A DNA stretch of 64,000 bases from an uncultured Candidatus Saccharibacteria bacterium (GTDB taxonomy: Bacteria > Patescibacteriota > WWE3 > UBA101185 > UBA10185). The stretch is from the NCBI GenBank assembly GCA_964643995.1, contig CAZXUJ010000001.1, positions 5,622 through 69,621 on the forward strand, in the 5' to 3' direction. Shown piece by piece: positions 37,280 through 46,758 of this stretch. Each line of letters starts with the position of its first letter. The first letter of the stretch is position 1. The position numbers were made by a program, and so were the translations under genes. The notes beneath the pieces were generated by a model. That model was given only the letters and a program-made list of their open reading frames with translations, searched no databases and was not told where the DNA came from.

Positions 37280-38579
37280 AGAACAAGAAAATAAAAATCT
37301 AAAGTATTGTCTCTATGCTAGAAAATCTACTGAAAGTGATGAACGACAAGCAATGTCAATAGATTCCCAAATCAAAGAAATGATGGAACAGGCTAACAAA
37401 GAAGGTCTGAATATTGTTGAAATTCGCCAAGAAAGCCATTCCGCTAAACTTTCAGGGGCTAGGCCAGTGTTTAAACAATTGATCTATGACATAGATAAAG
37501 GATTATTCAATGCAATTCTTACTTGGGCACCAGACAGACTAAGTAGAAACGCAGGAGATTTGGGGGCTTTAGTTGATTTAATGGATCGTAAACAACTTTT
37601 GCACATCAAAACCTATTCCCAGACATTTTCCAACAATCCAAACGAAAAGTTTCTTCTTATGATTCTTTGTTCTCAGGCTAAGCTTGAAAATGATCACAGA
37701 GGTGAAAATGTTAAACGGGGTATTAGAGCAAAATGTGAACGAGGTTGGAGACCCTGCATGTCTCCACTTGGTTATCATAATAGAACGATAAATGGAGTTA
37801 ACGATCTTGTATTAGATGAGGTTAAAGCTCCCATCTTACGGGAAATGTTTGAATTGGTTGCATACTGTGGGTTTAGCGGGCGCTCTGTTAAAAGATATTT
37901 AGATAAGGAAAAGAACTTTCTATCAAGACGGGGCAAAAAGTTAGCGCTTGGGAGACTTTACGAAATTCTTAAAAATCCATTTTACTGTGGGGATTTTGAA
38001 TATCCTGTTGGAAGTGGAAACTGGTACAAAGGAAAACACGAACCCCTAATAACCAGAGAACTATTCAACAAAGTACAAGAAAAGCTGGCCACTTCTGATA
38101 AACCAAATTCAGAAAAACATGACTTTCCGTTCACACGAACAATAAGATGTTCAACCTGCGGATCGCACCTTACGGGAGAGGAAAGAACAAAGCAATTAAA
38201 GAATGGAAACAGAGTTAAGTATGTTTATTATCACTGTCTGCGTGGCAAGGACAAAGACTTTGACTGCAAGGAACCCTATATCCGTGAGGATGACCTGGTA
38301 ACACAATTAGTTGAAATTATTAACGAGGTGGAAATCGATAAGGATGCTTTTACTAAACTTTTACAGGAGGAATATACAAGGTTTGCAAAATTTAAAGCTA
38401 TTTTAAACGAAGATTCTCAAAATAATGAAGAAAAGCAAAGGCTAAAAGAAATTGATATTAAAACTTTTGCAAAACACATTTTAAGATTCGGATCTAATCA
38501 GGAAAGAAGGGAAATCTTTACATTAATTAAGCAACCACTTTATCTTAAGAACATGAAACTGTATGTACACATTAACTAG
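37269..38579 (+). CDS. Large serine recombinase (resolvase/invertase catalytic domain + recombinase domain + zinc ribbon)
   Basis: YARKSTESDERQAMSIDSQ (catalytic Ser region), RLSRN, Cys cluster CSTCGSH...YYHC. Annotated start is GTG; alternative ATG at 37275. Confidence 0.8.
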   Translation: MLMTEQENKNLKYCLYARKSTESDERQAMSIDSQIKEMMEQANKEGLNIVEIRQESHSAKLSGARPVFKQLIYDIDKGLFNAILTWAPDRLSRNAGDLGALVDLMDRKQLLHIKTYSQTFSNNPNEKFLLMILCSQAKLENDHRGENVKRGIRAKCERGWRPCMSPLGYHNRTINGVNDLVLDEVKAPILREMFELVAYCGFSGRSVKRYLDKEKNFLSRRGKKLALGRLYEILKNPFYCGDFEYPVGSGNWYKGKHEPLITRELFNKVQEKLATSDKPNSEKHDFPFTRTIRCSTCGSHLTGEERTKQLKNGNRVKYVYYHCLRGKDKDFDCKEPYIREDDLVTQLVEIINEVEIDKDAFTKLLQEEYTRFAKFKAILNEDSQNNEEKQRLKEIDIKTFAKHILRFGSNQERREIFTLIKQPLYLKNMKLYVHIN

Positions 38580-39513
38580 TTTTTAACTCTTTTAATAGGA
38601 ATTTTACCCAATCATGATACCAGTACCAATTTTTACCTACATAATTTCCGTAACCTTTTACAGGATCTTTAGCGTTATGTTTTCTCCATAAGTCCGTATG
38701 TGTACTAATCGATATGTTTATTCCTTTTATTTTAAGTTCGTTTATAACCTCTCTAGCTAAAAATAACTTTTCTTTTTTTTCTTTTATAACCACATATTCT
38801 TTACTAATGTTTTTAGCTAACGGTGAGTTAGGGTCAATAAATTCGATAACTCTATCTGCTTGACCCGATCTGTTCGCTGATACCTTTGTAAATAACAGTC
38901 TATATGCGAATCTCTCGTTTTTTAATTCTTCTGACTCCAGTTTGTCGTCAAATGCAGCTACATATGTTCTTATATTCTTGGATATCAATTTATCTTTGTT
39001 TTTGATTACTTGCATTTGGTCAAAATCTAATTCCGCGAATTGTAGGCTCAGCGCAAGATTATTATCCAGACCCTTTTTATCTCCATGAAGAAGCTTAAGA
39101 TAGAAGTTGTAGTTTAACGCGCATGCCTGATATCGTGCGGACATATAAGAATCAAGACCTTGCGCTTTTCTATGTTCAATCTGATTTCGTAATCCTATCA
39201 AAAACTGTAAATTATTTTTTGTATTTTTGTCCAATGGGCTCGCTGTATTGGAAACGCACTCCTGTAGATCCCAGTATTTTATACTTCCATCAGGATTCTT
39301 AATGTACCTTTTTCTATTTCCTTTTCCAGTATGGTATCTATATTCAATAGCGTGTTCTTTGTAGTAAGCGTGAAGTAAATAAGTCCATGCAATCATAGCT
39401 AAAACAATGAATGATTCAGACTTAAACATTATTAATGGGTTATTATATATCTGCACTGCAGATAACATAGCTTCCCGTGATTTATCAATTAGGTCAATTT
39501 TTTCTGCACGCAT
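38572..39513 (-). CDS. Hypothetical protein (313 aa), convergent with serine recombinase
   Basis: ORF only; its 3' end overlaps the recombinase 3' end by 8 bp. Confidence 0.4.
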   Translation of the reverse strand: MRAEKIDLIDKSREAMLSAVQIYNNPLIMFKSESFIVLAMIAWTYLLHAYYKEHAIEYRYHTGKGNRKRYIKNPDGSIKYWDLQECVSNTASPLDKNTKNNLQFLIGLRNQIEHRKAQGLDSYMSARYQACALNYNFYLKLLHGDKKGLDNNLALSLQFAELDFDQMQVIKNKDKLISKNIRTYVAAFDDKLESEELKNERFAYRLLFTKVSANRSGQADRVIEFIDPNSPLAKNISKEYVVIKEKKEKLFLAREVINELKIKGINISISTHTDLWRKHNAKDPVKGYGNYVGKNWYWYHDWVKFLLKELKTS

Positions 39514-39733
39514 ATTTTATATAAACCCCTAGTATGGATTATATCAAGCAACAACAAGTATTTTGGAACGGTCGGAACTTTGGACATAACCTAGGGTCAG
39601 ACGAGTCTGTAAATAGCAAATATTTTTGCTAAAAACGGCAGTAAAAGTATGATAATTTATGGTAACCCAAACGAGTCAGTTGGAACTTCAAGCAAAAACC
39701 TAGGGAGACGGAACGGTCGGAACTTCAAACATC

Positions 39734-39808
39734 TGGAGCGAGGAACGGGGTTCGAACCCGCGACCTCTTCCTTGGGAAGGAAGCATTCTACCACTGAACT
39801 ATCCTCGC
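39734..39808 (-). tRNA. tRNA-Gly (anticodon CCC)
   Basis: Reverse complement GCGAGGATAGTTCAGTGGTAGAATGCTTCCTTCCCAAGGAAGAGGTCGCGGGTTCGAACCCCGTTCCTCGCTCCA; loop TTCCCAA; differs from tRNA-Gly(GCC) at a handful of positions. Confidence 0.85.
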
Positions 39809-39868
39809 AACAAAGTGAAGAGGAGTAGCGATGTACTCATCGCGTCATCCTCGCAACAAAGTGAAATC
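39809..39868 (-). promoter_or_regulatory. Conserved structured leader of tRNA-Gly(CCC) (hairpin GCGATG-TACT-CATCGC) with flanking ~20-nt direct repeat
   Basis: Homolog of 14991-15047. Direct repeat (c/t)atcctcgcaacaaagtgaa at 39802-39821 and 39849-39868. Confidence 0.45.
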
Positions 39869-41315
39869 ATTCTGCTGCAAATACTGGCAGTGCACTTGAA
39901 TATAGCAGATACATAGATTTTGTAATATAGGCAGGTTTAAGTTTGTTAATTTCTTCAAGCTTCTCGGTTTTTTCCTCTGGTGACATATTGCGAGCACCTA
40001 AACCGTTTATTGAGTAGTACAGATCATCATATCTGGTCAAGATCTGTTCCTCTACGGGCAAATCCATCTCTCGGGTTTTCTCATCCTGAAGAGCAATAGA
40101 TAAGTTGTCATTGACCTCACCCATTCTACGCAGTGCCCTTTGTCCATAACTTTGAGCTATAACCGCCATAGTCCAAGCCGACTCCATACGTGCATTGTAC
40201 CTCTCGATTTCTAAGGCGCTCTCTTGTTCTTCAACATTTTTTACTTCATTTGCTAACTCCAAAACATTGTTTCGAAGTGACATGTATGCACTTTGAAATG
40301 AATCCGTAAGTGGTTTGCTCCAACGCAAGTTCAATAAAACATATCTATCAAATGAACCTGCTGCTACAGTTTTGACTTCAAACTCAGTTCCTTGTTCTTC
40401 CAGATACTCCTTAAGACTGTCACTATCAGACTCTTTAAATTTTTGTAAAAATTCTGCATCGAATATCTCTGAAGGAGATAACAGATCAGCACAATACAAA
40501 ACTGCTGCGGCCCTACTCGTTGGTCTTTCATATTTACCTGCATGCCAGGTATCAAAAAGCTTTTTCTGATATTCCGTTAGATTACCAGATGCATAATCAT
40601 TCTCAGAAGGAACCGCGATTTTAGCCTTGGCCCATTTGTGCCCAGGATCCTCTACTGCCGAAGTGAGTGCAGATGCAACGAAGGGCATAGCTTGGTGTTC
40701 AATTATCATATTTGATACTTGATTAATGTCCTCTTTCTTTAGTCCGGCAACACTTAGTATATTTGAGGCCTCTTCGGCTGACCAAATATGATGCCACAAC
40801 AGACGTTCTTCTTCACTTGTAAAAATTCTATTTTTTTGAACATCATGCAACATAGCACCAAGTTCAGTCAATCTGCGATCTTTAGTCGATAAGGGTAGTA
40901 GGCGCTCCCCCTCTATAAGGTCAGCCTCCGAGTGCGCAACAAGTGCAGATGATAACTCCTTGTAACCAATTATTCTCCCTGTAGCTGGGTTGATCTTTAC
41001 TGTTCTAGTCGACGCTAAGCCTCCAAACTCAGCAGCCATAGAGGCTACCAAAGCCACATGCTTATTGTTCATTTCTATCGCTTCTTTTGAGAAAGTGGGT
41101 GATTCCATAGTTGCCTCGTACCATTGTTCTATACCGAGGAACGCATAGGCAATTGTGTTTACCTCTTCTTTAAGCATATTGAACTCATCGTCAGTAAGCT
41201 CATCAATTTCTTTTGATAATTTACCCTTTTCATTAAAGGGCAAATCTATTTTTGTACCTTCAGGAATATAATGTGCAGAATATTCGGGCAAAATAGTATT
41301 TACTGGAGAACTCAT
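39867..41315 (-). CDS. Hypothetical protein, possible HD-domain phosphohydrolase
   Basis: GAMLHDVQK resembles the HD-domain LLHDIGK motif; otherwise unassigned. Confidence 0.35.
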   Translation of the reverse strand: MSSPVNTILPEYSAHYIPEGTKIDLPFNEKGKLSKEIDELTDDEFNMLKEEVNTIAYAFLGIEQWYEATMESPTFSKEAIEMNNKHVALVASMAAEFGGLASTRTVKINPATGRIIGYKELSSALVAHSEADLIEGERLLPLSTKDRRLTELGAMLHDVQKNRIFTSEEERLLWHHIWSAEEASNILSVAGLKKEDINQVSNMIIEHQAMPFVASALTSAVEDPGHKWAKAKIAVPSENDYASGNLTEYQKKLFDTWHAGKYERPTSRAAAVLYCADLLSPSEIFDAEFLQKFKESDSDSLKEYLEEQGTEFEVKTVAAGSFDRYVLLNLRWSKPLTDSFQSAYMSLRNNVLELANEVKNVEEQESALEIERYNARMESAWTMAVIAQSYGQRALRRMGEVNDNLSIALQDEKTREMDLPVEEQILTRYDDLYYSINGLGARNMSPEEKTEKLEEINKLKPAYITKSMYLLYSSALPVFAAE

Positions 41316-42713
41316 TTACTTAAGTATATCTAAAGCAGGGCTGTTTTGTCTCGGGAAACCTATAAAAGACTCCAACATAAGAAATTTGTCTCTCACTAAC
41401 TCTTTTGAAGCCCCTTCAACATTTAGTCTGATCAATGGCTGCGTGTTAGATCCACGCAGATTAAATCGCCAATCATCGAATTCAACAGATATCCCATCAA
41501 ACTTTGATATTTTTCCACCCAAAGACAAGAAGTGATTCTCAAACTTAGTGAATATCTCTGACGAACTAACTACTTCATAATTTACCTCCCCCGAATTAGG
41601 ATAAGTAGCATAAAGATAATCAAGTTCCTTACTCAAATCTAAATCATCAAACAACATATCTAACATTGTAGCGATAGTAGCCATTCCAGAGTCAGCATTA
41701 TAAAAGCTTCTGTAGAAATAGTGGGCACTCATTTCGGCACCGAAAATAGCATGGTTTTCTGCCATTGCTTTCTTAAAATATGAATGCCCTGCTAAGGATT
41801 CGATAGCTTTTGCATTGTAATTATTAGATTCTTTTACGAACGGCCAGGTAATTCTTGGATCATGAATAATAGCCTCTCCATGGGTACCCTTTAGCAGATG
41901 CTTAGCAAATAAAACGCCAGTATAGACACCATCAGGCCTCCTACCAAGTTTGTCTATAAACATAGATCTATCGGCATCACCATCAATAGCAACGCCTAAG
42001 TCCGCCTGTAGTTCAACAACCCGCCTTTTAATTTCTGCAACATTTTCTTCCTCAATAGGATTCGGAATATGATTTGGATAGGTCCCATCAGGCTCAAAGT
42101 ACATTTTTGTTATAGAAAGTTCTGGCATATCACCAAAAACATAATCAAAAACTTTTCCTCCAATACCATTACCTGCATCAACAACTATTTTTAGACTTTT
42201 TCGTTTTGGAGTCTTTATAAAGCTCCTAATCTTTTCTTTAAATTCCGGAAAAATATTTCTGGAGCTCAATTCACCCTTTTGTACGGGAGTTACATACTCT
42301 TTGCTTAACATCAAGTCTCGTAATTCCAAGGCACCTGTGCCGGCACCTATGGCCATTACGTGCTTATCTACCATTTTGCAGCCGTTCCAACCGGCAGGAT
42401 TATGCGATGCTGTAACAACTAAACCCCCGTCATAAACCGCATTAAATTCACCAACTGCAAAATAAATCATTTCGGTGGCAATTTCTCCTAGATCAACAAC
42501 ATCACATCCTGAATCTAAAAGCCCATTTATTAAACTTGCTTTTAGCCCGGCACTCTCTGGTCTAATATCATGTCCGACTACTACTATTCCAGGTTTATAT
42601 TTAGTTGCATAGGCCCGCCCCAAATTATAGAAAAGCTCATTACTTAGTTGCTCAGGATACAACCCTCTAATATCATATGCTTTAAAAATTTTGTTTAGAA
42701 TTTCTTTGTTCAT
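41316..42713 (-). CDS. Phosphoglucomutase/phosphomannomutase (alpha-D-phosphohexomutase)
   Basis: Active-site TASHNPAGWNG (SHNP phosphoserine loop), metal-binding DGDADR. Confidence 0.8.
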   Translation of the reverse strand: MNKEILNKIFKAYDIRGLYPEQLSNELFYNLGRAYATKYKPGIVVVGHDIRPESAGLKASLINGLLDSGCDVVDLGEIATEMIYFAVGEFNAVYDGGLVVTASHNPAGWNGCKMVDKHVMAIGAGTGALELRDLMLSKEYVTPVQKGELSSRNIFPEFKEKIRSFIKTPKRKSLKIVVDAGNGIGGKVFDYVFGDMPELSITKMYFEPDGTYPNHIPNPIEEENVAEIKRRVVELQADLGVAIDGDADRSMFIDKLGRRPDGVYTGVLFAKHLLKGTHGEAIIHDPRITWPFVKESNNYNAKAIESLAGHSYFKKAMAENHAIFGAEMSAHYFYRSFYNADSGMATIATMLDMLFDDLDLSKELDYLYATYPNSGEVNYEVVSSSEIFTKFENHFLSLGGKISKFDGISVEFDDWRFNLRGSNTQPLIRLNVEGASKELVRDKFLMLESFIGFPRQNSPALDILK

Positions 42714-42747
42714 AGGTTTAAGCTGGAATGAAAATGATTATAGCAGA

Positions 42748-44439
42748 TTACCAACTACCCCCACCACCACCGCCACCACCCCCTCCAGAGGATCCACCTG
42801 AAAAACCACTAGAAAAACCCGAAGAGCTTCTTGTAGGAGTCATAGCCAATTGTACGGTTGAATTCATCTTAGTTGTCAGAGCATTAAGCATTACTAGATC
42901 ACTAGTACCCTCAACCCAAGTAGCCTCGCTTAGATTAAGGTCAGGGAATCTTTTTATCCAAACATCTTCAACACCGAAGGCAGTTGCATAAGGTAAAAGT
43001 TTTTCAAAATACATCTGTCTCTCAGCTTGAAAATCATACTGGGCATCTTGTGTGACAATAAAATTTTTTAATGATTGCGCATAGGAATACTGCTCTATAC
43101 CTTTTTCCGTAAGTTGTTGATTCTTTTTAACTACAATCAGCGCAACCAACAAAAGAGGCAAATTTAGTAACATGAACATCGGAATACTTAATAAACCTAC
43201 GAGATTATTTATTTCATCAAGGGATCTTTTTGAGTCACCCCGCTTTTTTAAACTTTGCCCTAGGCTTTTTTTGCACTTATTTATCGCAGTTATAAACTTC
43301 GAATTGTTTTTTAATGACGCTAGTTCGATTTTATTATCTTCCAAAGTTCCAGTGCTAAAGAACGCATCGAAAAGCTCAATTTCAAAATGAAGCAGTTCTG
43401 AATCGGGCTCCTTCAATTTTTGTAGGTAAATCTTATCTTTTGAAAATAGTCCCTTGTTATCTTCATAGATTATTTTAAGATATCCTTTTTGCGCCAGTTG
43501 GATAATAGTTGCTGTAATGTGTTTATTTGTAATGGCTGGATTTACCAATAAAGCGGTTTCAGCTGGCGCATATAGCTTACCTTCTGTCGTTTTGGGTGGA
43601 TCAAACCAAGCTGCTACAATACGTGCAGTCTTCTTTACTTTTTGTAAATCGCGAAAGTTTCGTATAAAAACATAAAAAGGTAATAATATATAAAACGCAA
43701 AAGCAAACATCCAGAGCAAAACTTGAACTACTGGATTAATTAAATGATATTCAACAGGTTCGATTACTTGAACGTAACCTTTTGGTATACCAATAACAAC
43801 TGTTACGCCCTCATTAGGTAACAAGGGTCTAGTTGTAGAAATTTTTAACATACCGCTCTCAAATCTAGACGTACAGTCAGACTCGGTTGACCCGGAATAT
43901 CCCGTGAAACAGTTAAATTTAACGTCAGCATCAGATATACCCTCAGGTAACAATACAACTGCACTAAACTCATTAACAGGTACGTCCCATCCATTTCCTA
44001 AAACATTCCAATATAACTCATCGTGATCAGAAAAATACGTTAGTGCCCCGGTAACAGAATATCTAATGTTGTAGTTGTTAATACCAGTCACATAAATATC
44101 AGGATGTCCAATCTTTAACACAATCTGTTCGGTTTCCTGGCTAAGTGAATATGTTTCGTCTCTATTGGTTTGATTTTCTACAGAAAAATTCTCAAAGGAC
44201 ATGCGAAACTTTTTATTGGCACTGTTAGTTTTTACAAATGGTATTTCACGAAAAATGCCATGTTTTTGAAGAATACCAAAATCATACAAGATATTTTCCT
44301 GAAAATTTACAACGCCTGATTCTGTAATATGTACGACTACATCGTACTCAGTTATGGATTCTTGAGCCAGAGCATGTTGTGCGGCGAAAAAAGTAACAAA
44401 AAGCAAAACAGGTAAAACAAAAAGTTTAGTTTTATACAT
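42748..44439 (-). CDS. DUF2207-like membrane protein with C-terminal poly-Gly tail
   Basis: Signal/TM, extracellular domain, TM helices, C-terminus SGFSGGSSGGGGGGGGGGSW. Start trimmed to Met 44439 because the longer ORF overlaps tRNA-Leu on the same strand. Confidence 0.55.
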   Translation of the reverse strand: MYKTKLFVLPVLLFVTFFAAQHALAQESITEYDVVVHITESGVVNFQENILYDFGILQKHGIFREIPFVKTNSANKKFRMSFENFSVENQTNRDETYSLSQETEQIVLKIGHPDIYVTGINNYNIRYSVTGALTYFSDHDELYWNVLGNGWDVPVNEFSAVVLLPEGISDADVKFNCFTGYSGSTESDCTSRFESGMLKISTTRPLLPNEGVTVVIGIPKGYVQVIEPVEYHLINPVVQVLLWMFAFAFYILLPFYVFIRNFRDLQKVKKTARIVAAWFDPPKTTEGKLYAPAETALLVNPAITNKHITATIIQLAQKGYLKIIYEDNKGLFSKDKIYLQKLKEPDSELLHFEIELFDAFFSTGTLEDNKIELASLKNNSKFITAINKCKKSLGQSLKKRGDSKRSLDEINNLVGLLSIPMFMLLNLPLLLVALIVVKKNQQLTEKGIEQYSYAQSLKNFIVTQDAQYDFQAERQMYFEKLLPYATAFGVEDVWIKRFPDLNLSEATWVEGTSDLVMLNALTTKMNSTVQLAMTPTRSSSGFSSGFSGGSSGGGGGGGGGGSW

Positions 44440-44455
44440 ATATAAATTTTTCTTA

Positions 44456-44541
44456 TGGTGGGCAGAGGGGGACTCGAACCCCCACAGGATTTCTCCCACT
44501 AACACCTCAAGCTAGCGCGTCTACCATTCCGCCACCTGCCC
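44456..44541 (-). tRNA. tRNA-Leu (anticodon GAG)
   Basis: Reverse complement GGGCAGGTGGCGGAATGGTAGACGCGCTAGCTTGAGGTGTTAGTGGGAGAAATCCTGTGGGGGTTCGAGTCCCCCTCTGCCCACCA; long variable arm, anticodon stem CTAGC/GTTAG, loop TTGAGGT. Confidence 0.8.
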
Positions 44542-44599
44542 ATAAGAAAAGAAATTACCAGGATTATATCATCACATATGATTACCTGGTGAAGTAATC

Positions 44600-44686
44600 T
44601 GGTGCCAGAGGAGGGACTCGAACCCTCACTCTCTTTCGAGAACAGCCTTCTGAAGACTGCGAGTCTACCGGTTTCTCCACTCTGGC
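44600..44686 (-). tRNA. tRNA-Leu (anticodon CAG)
   Basis: Reverse complement GCCAGAGTGGAGAAACCGGTAGACTCGCAGTCTTCAGAAGGCTGTTCTCGAAAGAGAGTGAGGGTTCGAGTCCCTCCTCTGGCACCA; anticodon loop TTCAGAA, long variable arm. Confidence 0.8.
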
Positions 44687-44758
44687 TAACAAAATCATTT
44701 TACAACAAAAAAGCTCGCCAGTTATGACGAGCCTTAATGTTCAAGGACTAATCGAAAA

Positions 44759-45514
44759 TTACTCGGTAACTTCTTCGGTTACTACCAAGTCACCACTTAC
44801 TGAGAAGTTAACAACTATTTCATCATCAACTGTAAACACACCTGCCAATGATGGAGGGGTAATTCCAAAGTCGCTCATTAGAATAGTGAAAGTACCTGTA
44901 GCATCAAAATCCTCTTCTACTACAGTACCTTCTACTGCAACAGTAACTTCCTTCTCAAACCCGTTTATAATTAATGTTGCTGGTGTTTCAAGTGAAAACT
45001 CTTCTCCATCAACGATATTGCTAGATGCAAGCTCAATATCTAATGTTGCAGAAGTTTCTTCAAACATACCTAAAACGTCTTTATCTCTTTGAGGTGAATC
45101 AGTAGCCAAAGCAACAAGATCAACATCAGCATGTAGGTTTAAAGCACCTGTCTCCTTTACAATCCAGCCATATCCGGAAACATCCTCAGTAGAACCAGTA
45201 ACTACAGAATCTTCCTTTTGTAAAAATCTCTTTTGAGCAACGTATTCGGTTGAGCCTGTGGTAATTTCATAAACCATAGCTCCTTCAGGAGCACGTTCAA
45301 TGAACAAGGTAAGTTCTGGACTCATTACTTTTTCTTCAACTACTGGTGCTGTATCTACAACGGTTGTGGACTCACGTGTTGAATCAACCGCAGTGTTTTC
45401 AGGCTCTAAAGGATCTGATTCAGAATTTGATGTAACAAAGTAGAAGCCTAAGCCTCCTAAAACTAATAACGCTATGAGAATAAGTAAGTATTGTTTATTT
45501 TGCATATTGGGCAT
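44759..45514 (-). CDS. Membrane-anchored/secreted acidic protein, unknown
   Basis: Start at MPNMQNKQ; single N-terminal TM; rest acidic, Thr/Val/Glu-rich. Confidence 0.45.
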   Translation of the reverse strand: MPNMQNKQYLLILIALLVLGGLGFYFVTSNSESDPLEPENTAVDSTRESTTVVDTAPVVEEKVMSPELTLFIERAPEGAMVYEITTGSTEYVAQKRFLQKEDSVVTGSTEDVSGYGWIVKETGALNLHADVDLVALATDSPQRDKDVLGMFEETSATLDIELASSNIVDGEEFSLETPATLIINGFEKEVTVAVEGTVVEEDFDATGTFTILMSDFGITPPSLAGVFTVDDEIVVNFSVSGDLVVTEEVTE

Positions 45515-45546
45515 TATAACATTTAAATTTTTGATAGAATACCTTA

Positions 45547-46758
45547 ATGATAAAAAAACATTTAGTAATCGTAGGCGGTGGTTTTGGTGGAATTTATACC
45601 GCACGTAAACTCGAAGCATGTGTTTCCAAGGATGTTCTTGAGGTAACTCTAGTCAGTAAAAACAATTATTTTTTGTTCACACCAATGATTCATGAAGTTG
45701 CCACCGGCGGGCTTGATAAAAACAATGTTGTTGATGCAATACGCGAAGTACTCTCAGATAAAATCAACTTTCTTATGGGGGAAGTCACGGAAATCAACCT
45801 CAAGGAAAAATATGTAAAACATAACGACTGCAAGTTGAATTTTGATTATCTGGTCATAGCCACAGGGGCTGTGACAAATTACTATGATATTACAGGTGCG
45901 CAACAATACACATTACCTCTAAAGACTATAAATGATGCACTAAAGATTAAAAATGAAGTTTTAGAATCTTTTGAGAAAGCTGCGTGCACTAAAGATACTG
46001 AGTTACGAAAACAATTGCTTACGTTTGCAATTGTAGGAGGAGGTCCAACTGGCTTGGAATTAACTGCAGAGCTTGTGGAGTTAATACAAGAAAACGCTGG
46101 TAATAATTTCCCTAACCTCTCACTAGATGAAGTTAAAATAGATTTGATTTGTGGGCCATGTATCATTCAATACTTTGATAAAACCTCCCAAGAAAAAACA
46201 ATGAACTATTTGAAAGGACTCGGTGTTTCGATGATTATGGAGAACGTGACTGAGGTTGGGGAAGGATACATCAAATTGACCAGTGGACAAACTATCAAGT
46301 CCAAAAATATTTTCTGGACAGCAGGGGTGAAACCAAACGTACCTGCCATATTCCCTAATCCAGAACTAGATAAAACGGGGCGAATAGTTGTTAATGAATT
46401 CTTTCAAATATCAGGCTACGATAACATTTTTGCGATTGGAGACGTGGCAGCAGGTTGGCCTATGCTTGCATATACAGCCTCAGAACAAGCAAATCATCTG
46501 GCTAGCAACATAATGAATTTAATGTCAAACAAATCTATGAAACCATTCAAATTTAAACCAGCAGTCAAGTTGATGTCACTGGGACAAAAAAATGCAATTG
46601 GAGAGTTTTTCGGGTTAAAATTATCTGGTCGCCCACTTTGGTTTGTATGGCGTACTGTTTATCTTTATCGTATTCCATCCTTCAAAAAGAAAGTTAAAAT
46701 TGCAATAAACTGGACATTCAACCTATTCACAAATAGAGATATTTCAAAAACCAGTTAA
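45547..46758 (+). CDS. ndh: Type II NADH dehydrogenase (NDH-2)/pyridine nucleotide-disulfide oxidoreductase
   Basis: Two Rossmann motifs: LVIVGGGFGGIYTA (FAD) and FAIVGGGPTGLELTAEL (NADH); GD motif AIGDVAAG. Confidence 0.75.
   Translation: MIKKHLVIVGGGFGGIYTARKLEACVSKDVLEVTLVSKNNYFLFTPMIHEVATGGLDKNNVVDAIREVLSDKINFLMGEVTEINLKEKYVKHNDCKLNFDYLVIATGAVTNYYDITGAQQYTLPLKTINDALKIKNEVLESFEKAACTKDTELRKQLLTFAIVGGGPTGLELTAELVELIQENAGNNFPNLSLDEVKIDLICGPCIIQYFDKTSQEKTMNYLKGLGVSMIMENVTEVGEGYIKLTSGQTIKSKNIFWTAGVKPNVPAIFPNPELDKTGRIVVNEFFQISGYDNIFAIGDVAAGWPMLAYTASEQANHLASNIMNLMSNKSMKPFKFKPAVKLMSLGQKNAIGEFFGLKLSGRPLWFVWRTVYLYRIPSFKKKVKIAINWTFNLFTNRDISKTS

Noticed and set aside
39530-39733. GGAAC-containing repeats as partial copies of the tRNA-Gly 3' end (classical attL/attR)
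   Set aside because: Alignment of GGAACGGTCGGAACTT to the tRNA T-arm/acceptor region (GAGGAACGGGGTTCGAACC) is weak, so I report the repeats only as candidate binding sites, not as att duplications.
42728-42991. Plus-strand ORF encoding MKMIIADYQLPPPPPPPPPPEDPPEKP
   Set aside because: Mirror image of the poly-Gly (GGN) tail of the minus-strand DUF2207-like gene; low-complexity antisense artefact.
44724-45092. Plus-strand 122-aa Ser/Thr-rich ORF
   Set aside because: Entirely antisense to the better-supported minus-strand secreted-protein gene 44759-45514; composition is a complement artefact of its Glu/Val/Thr-rich codons.
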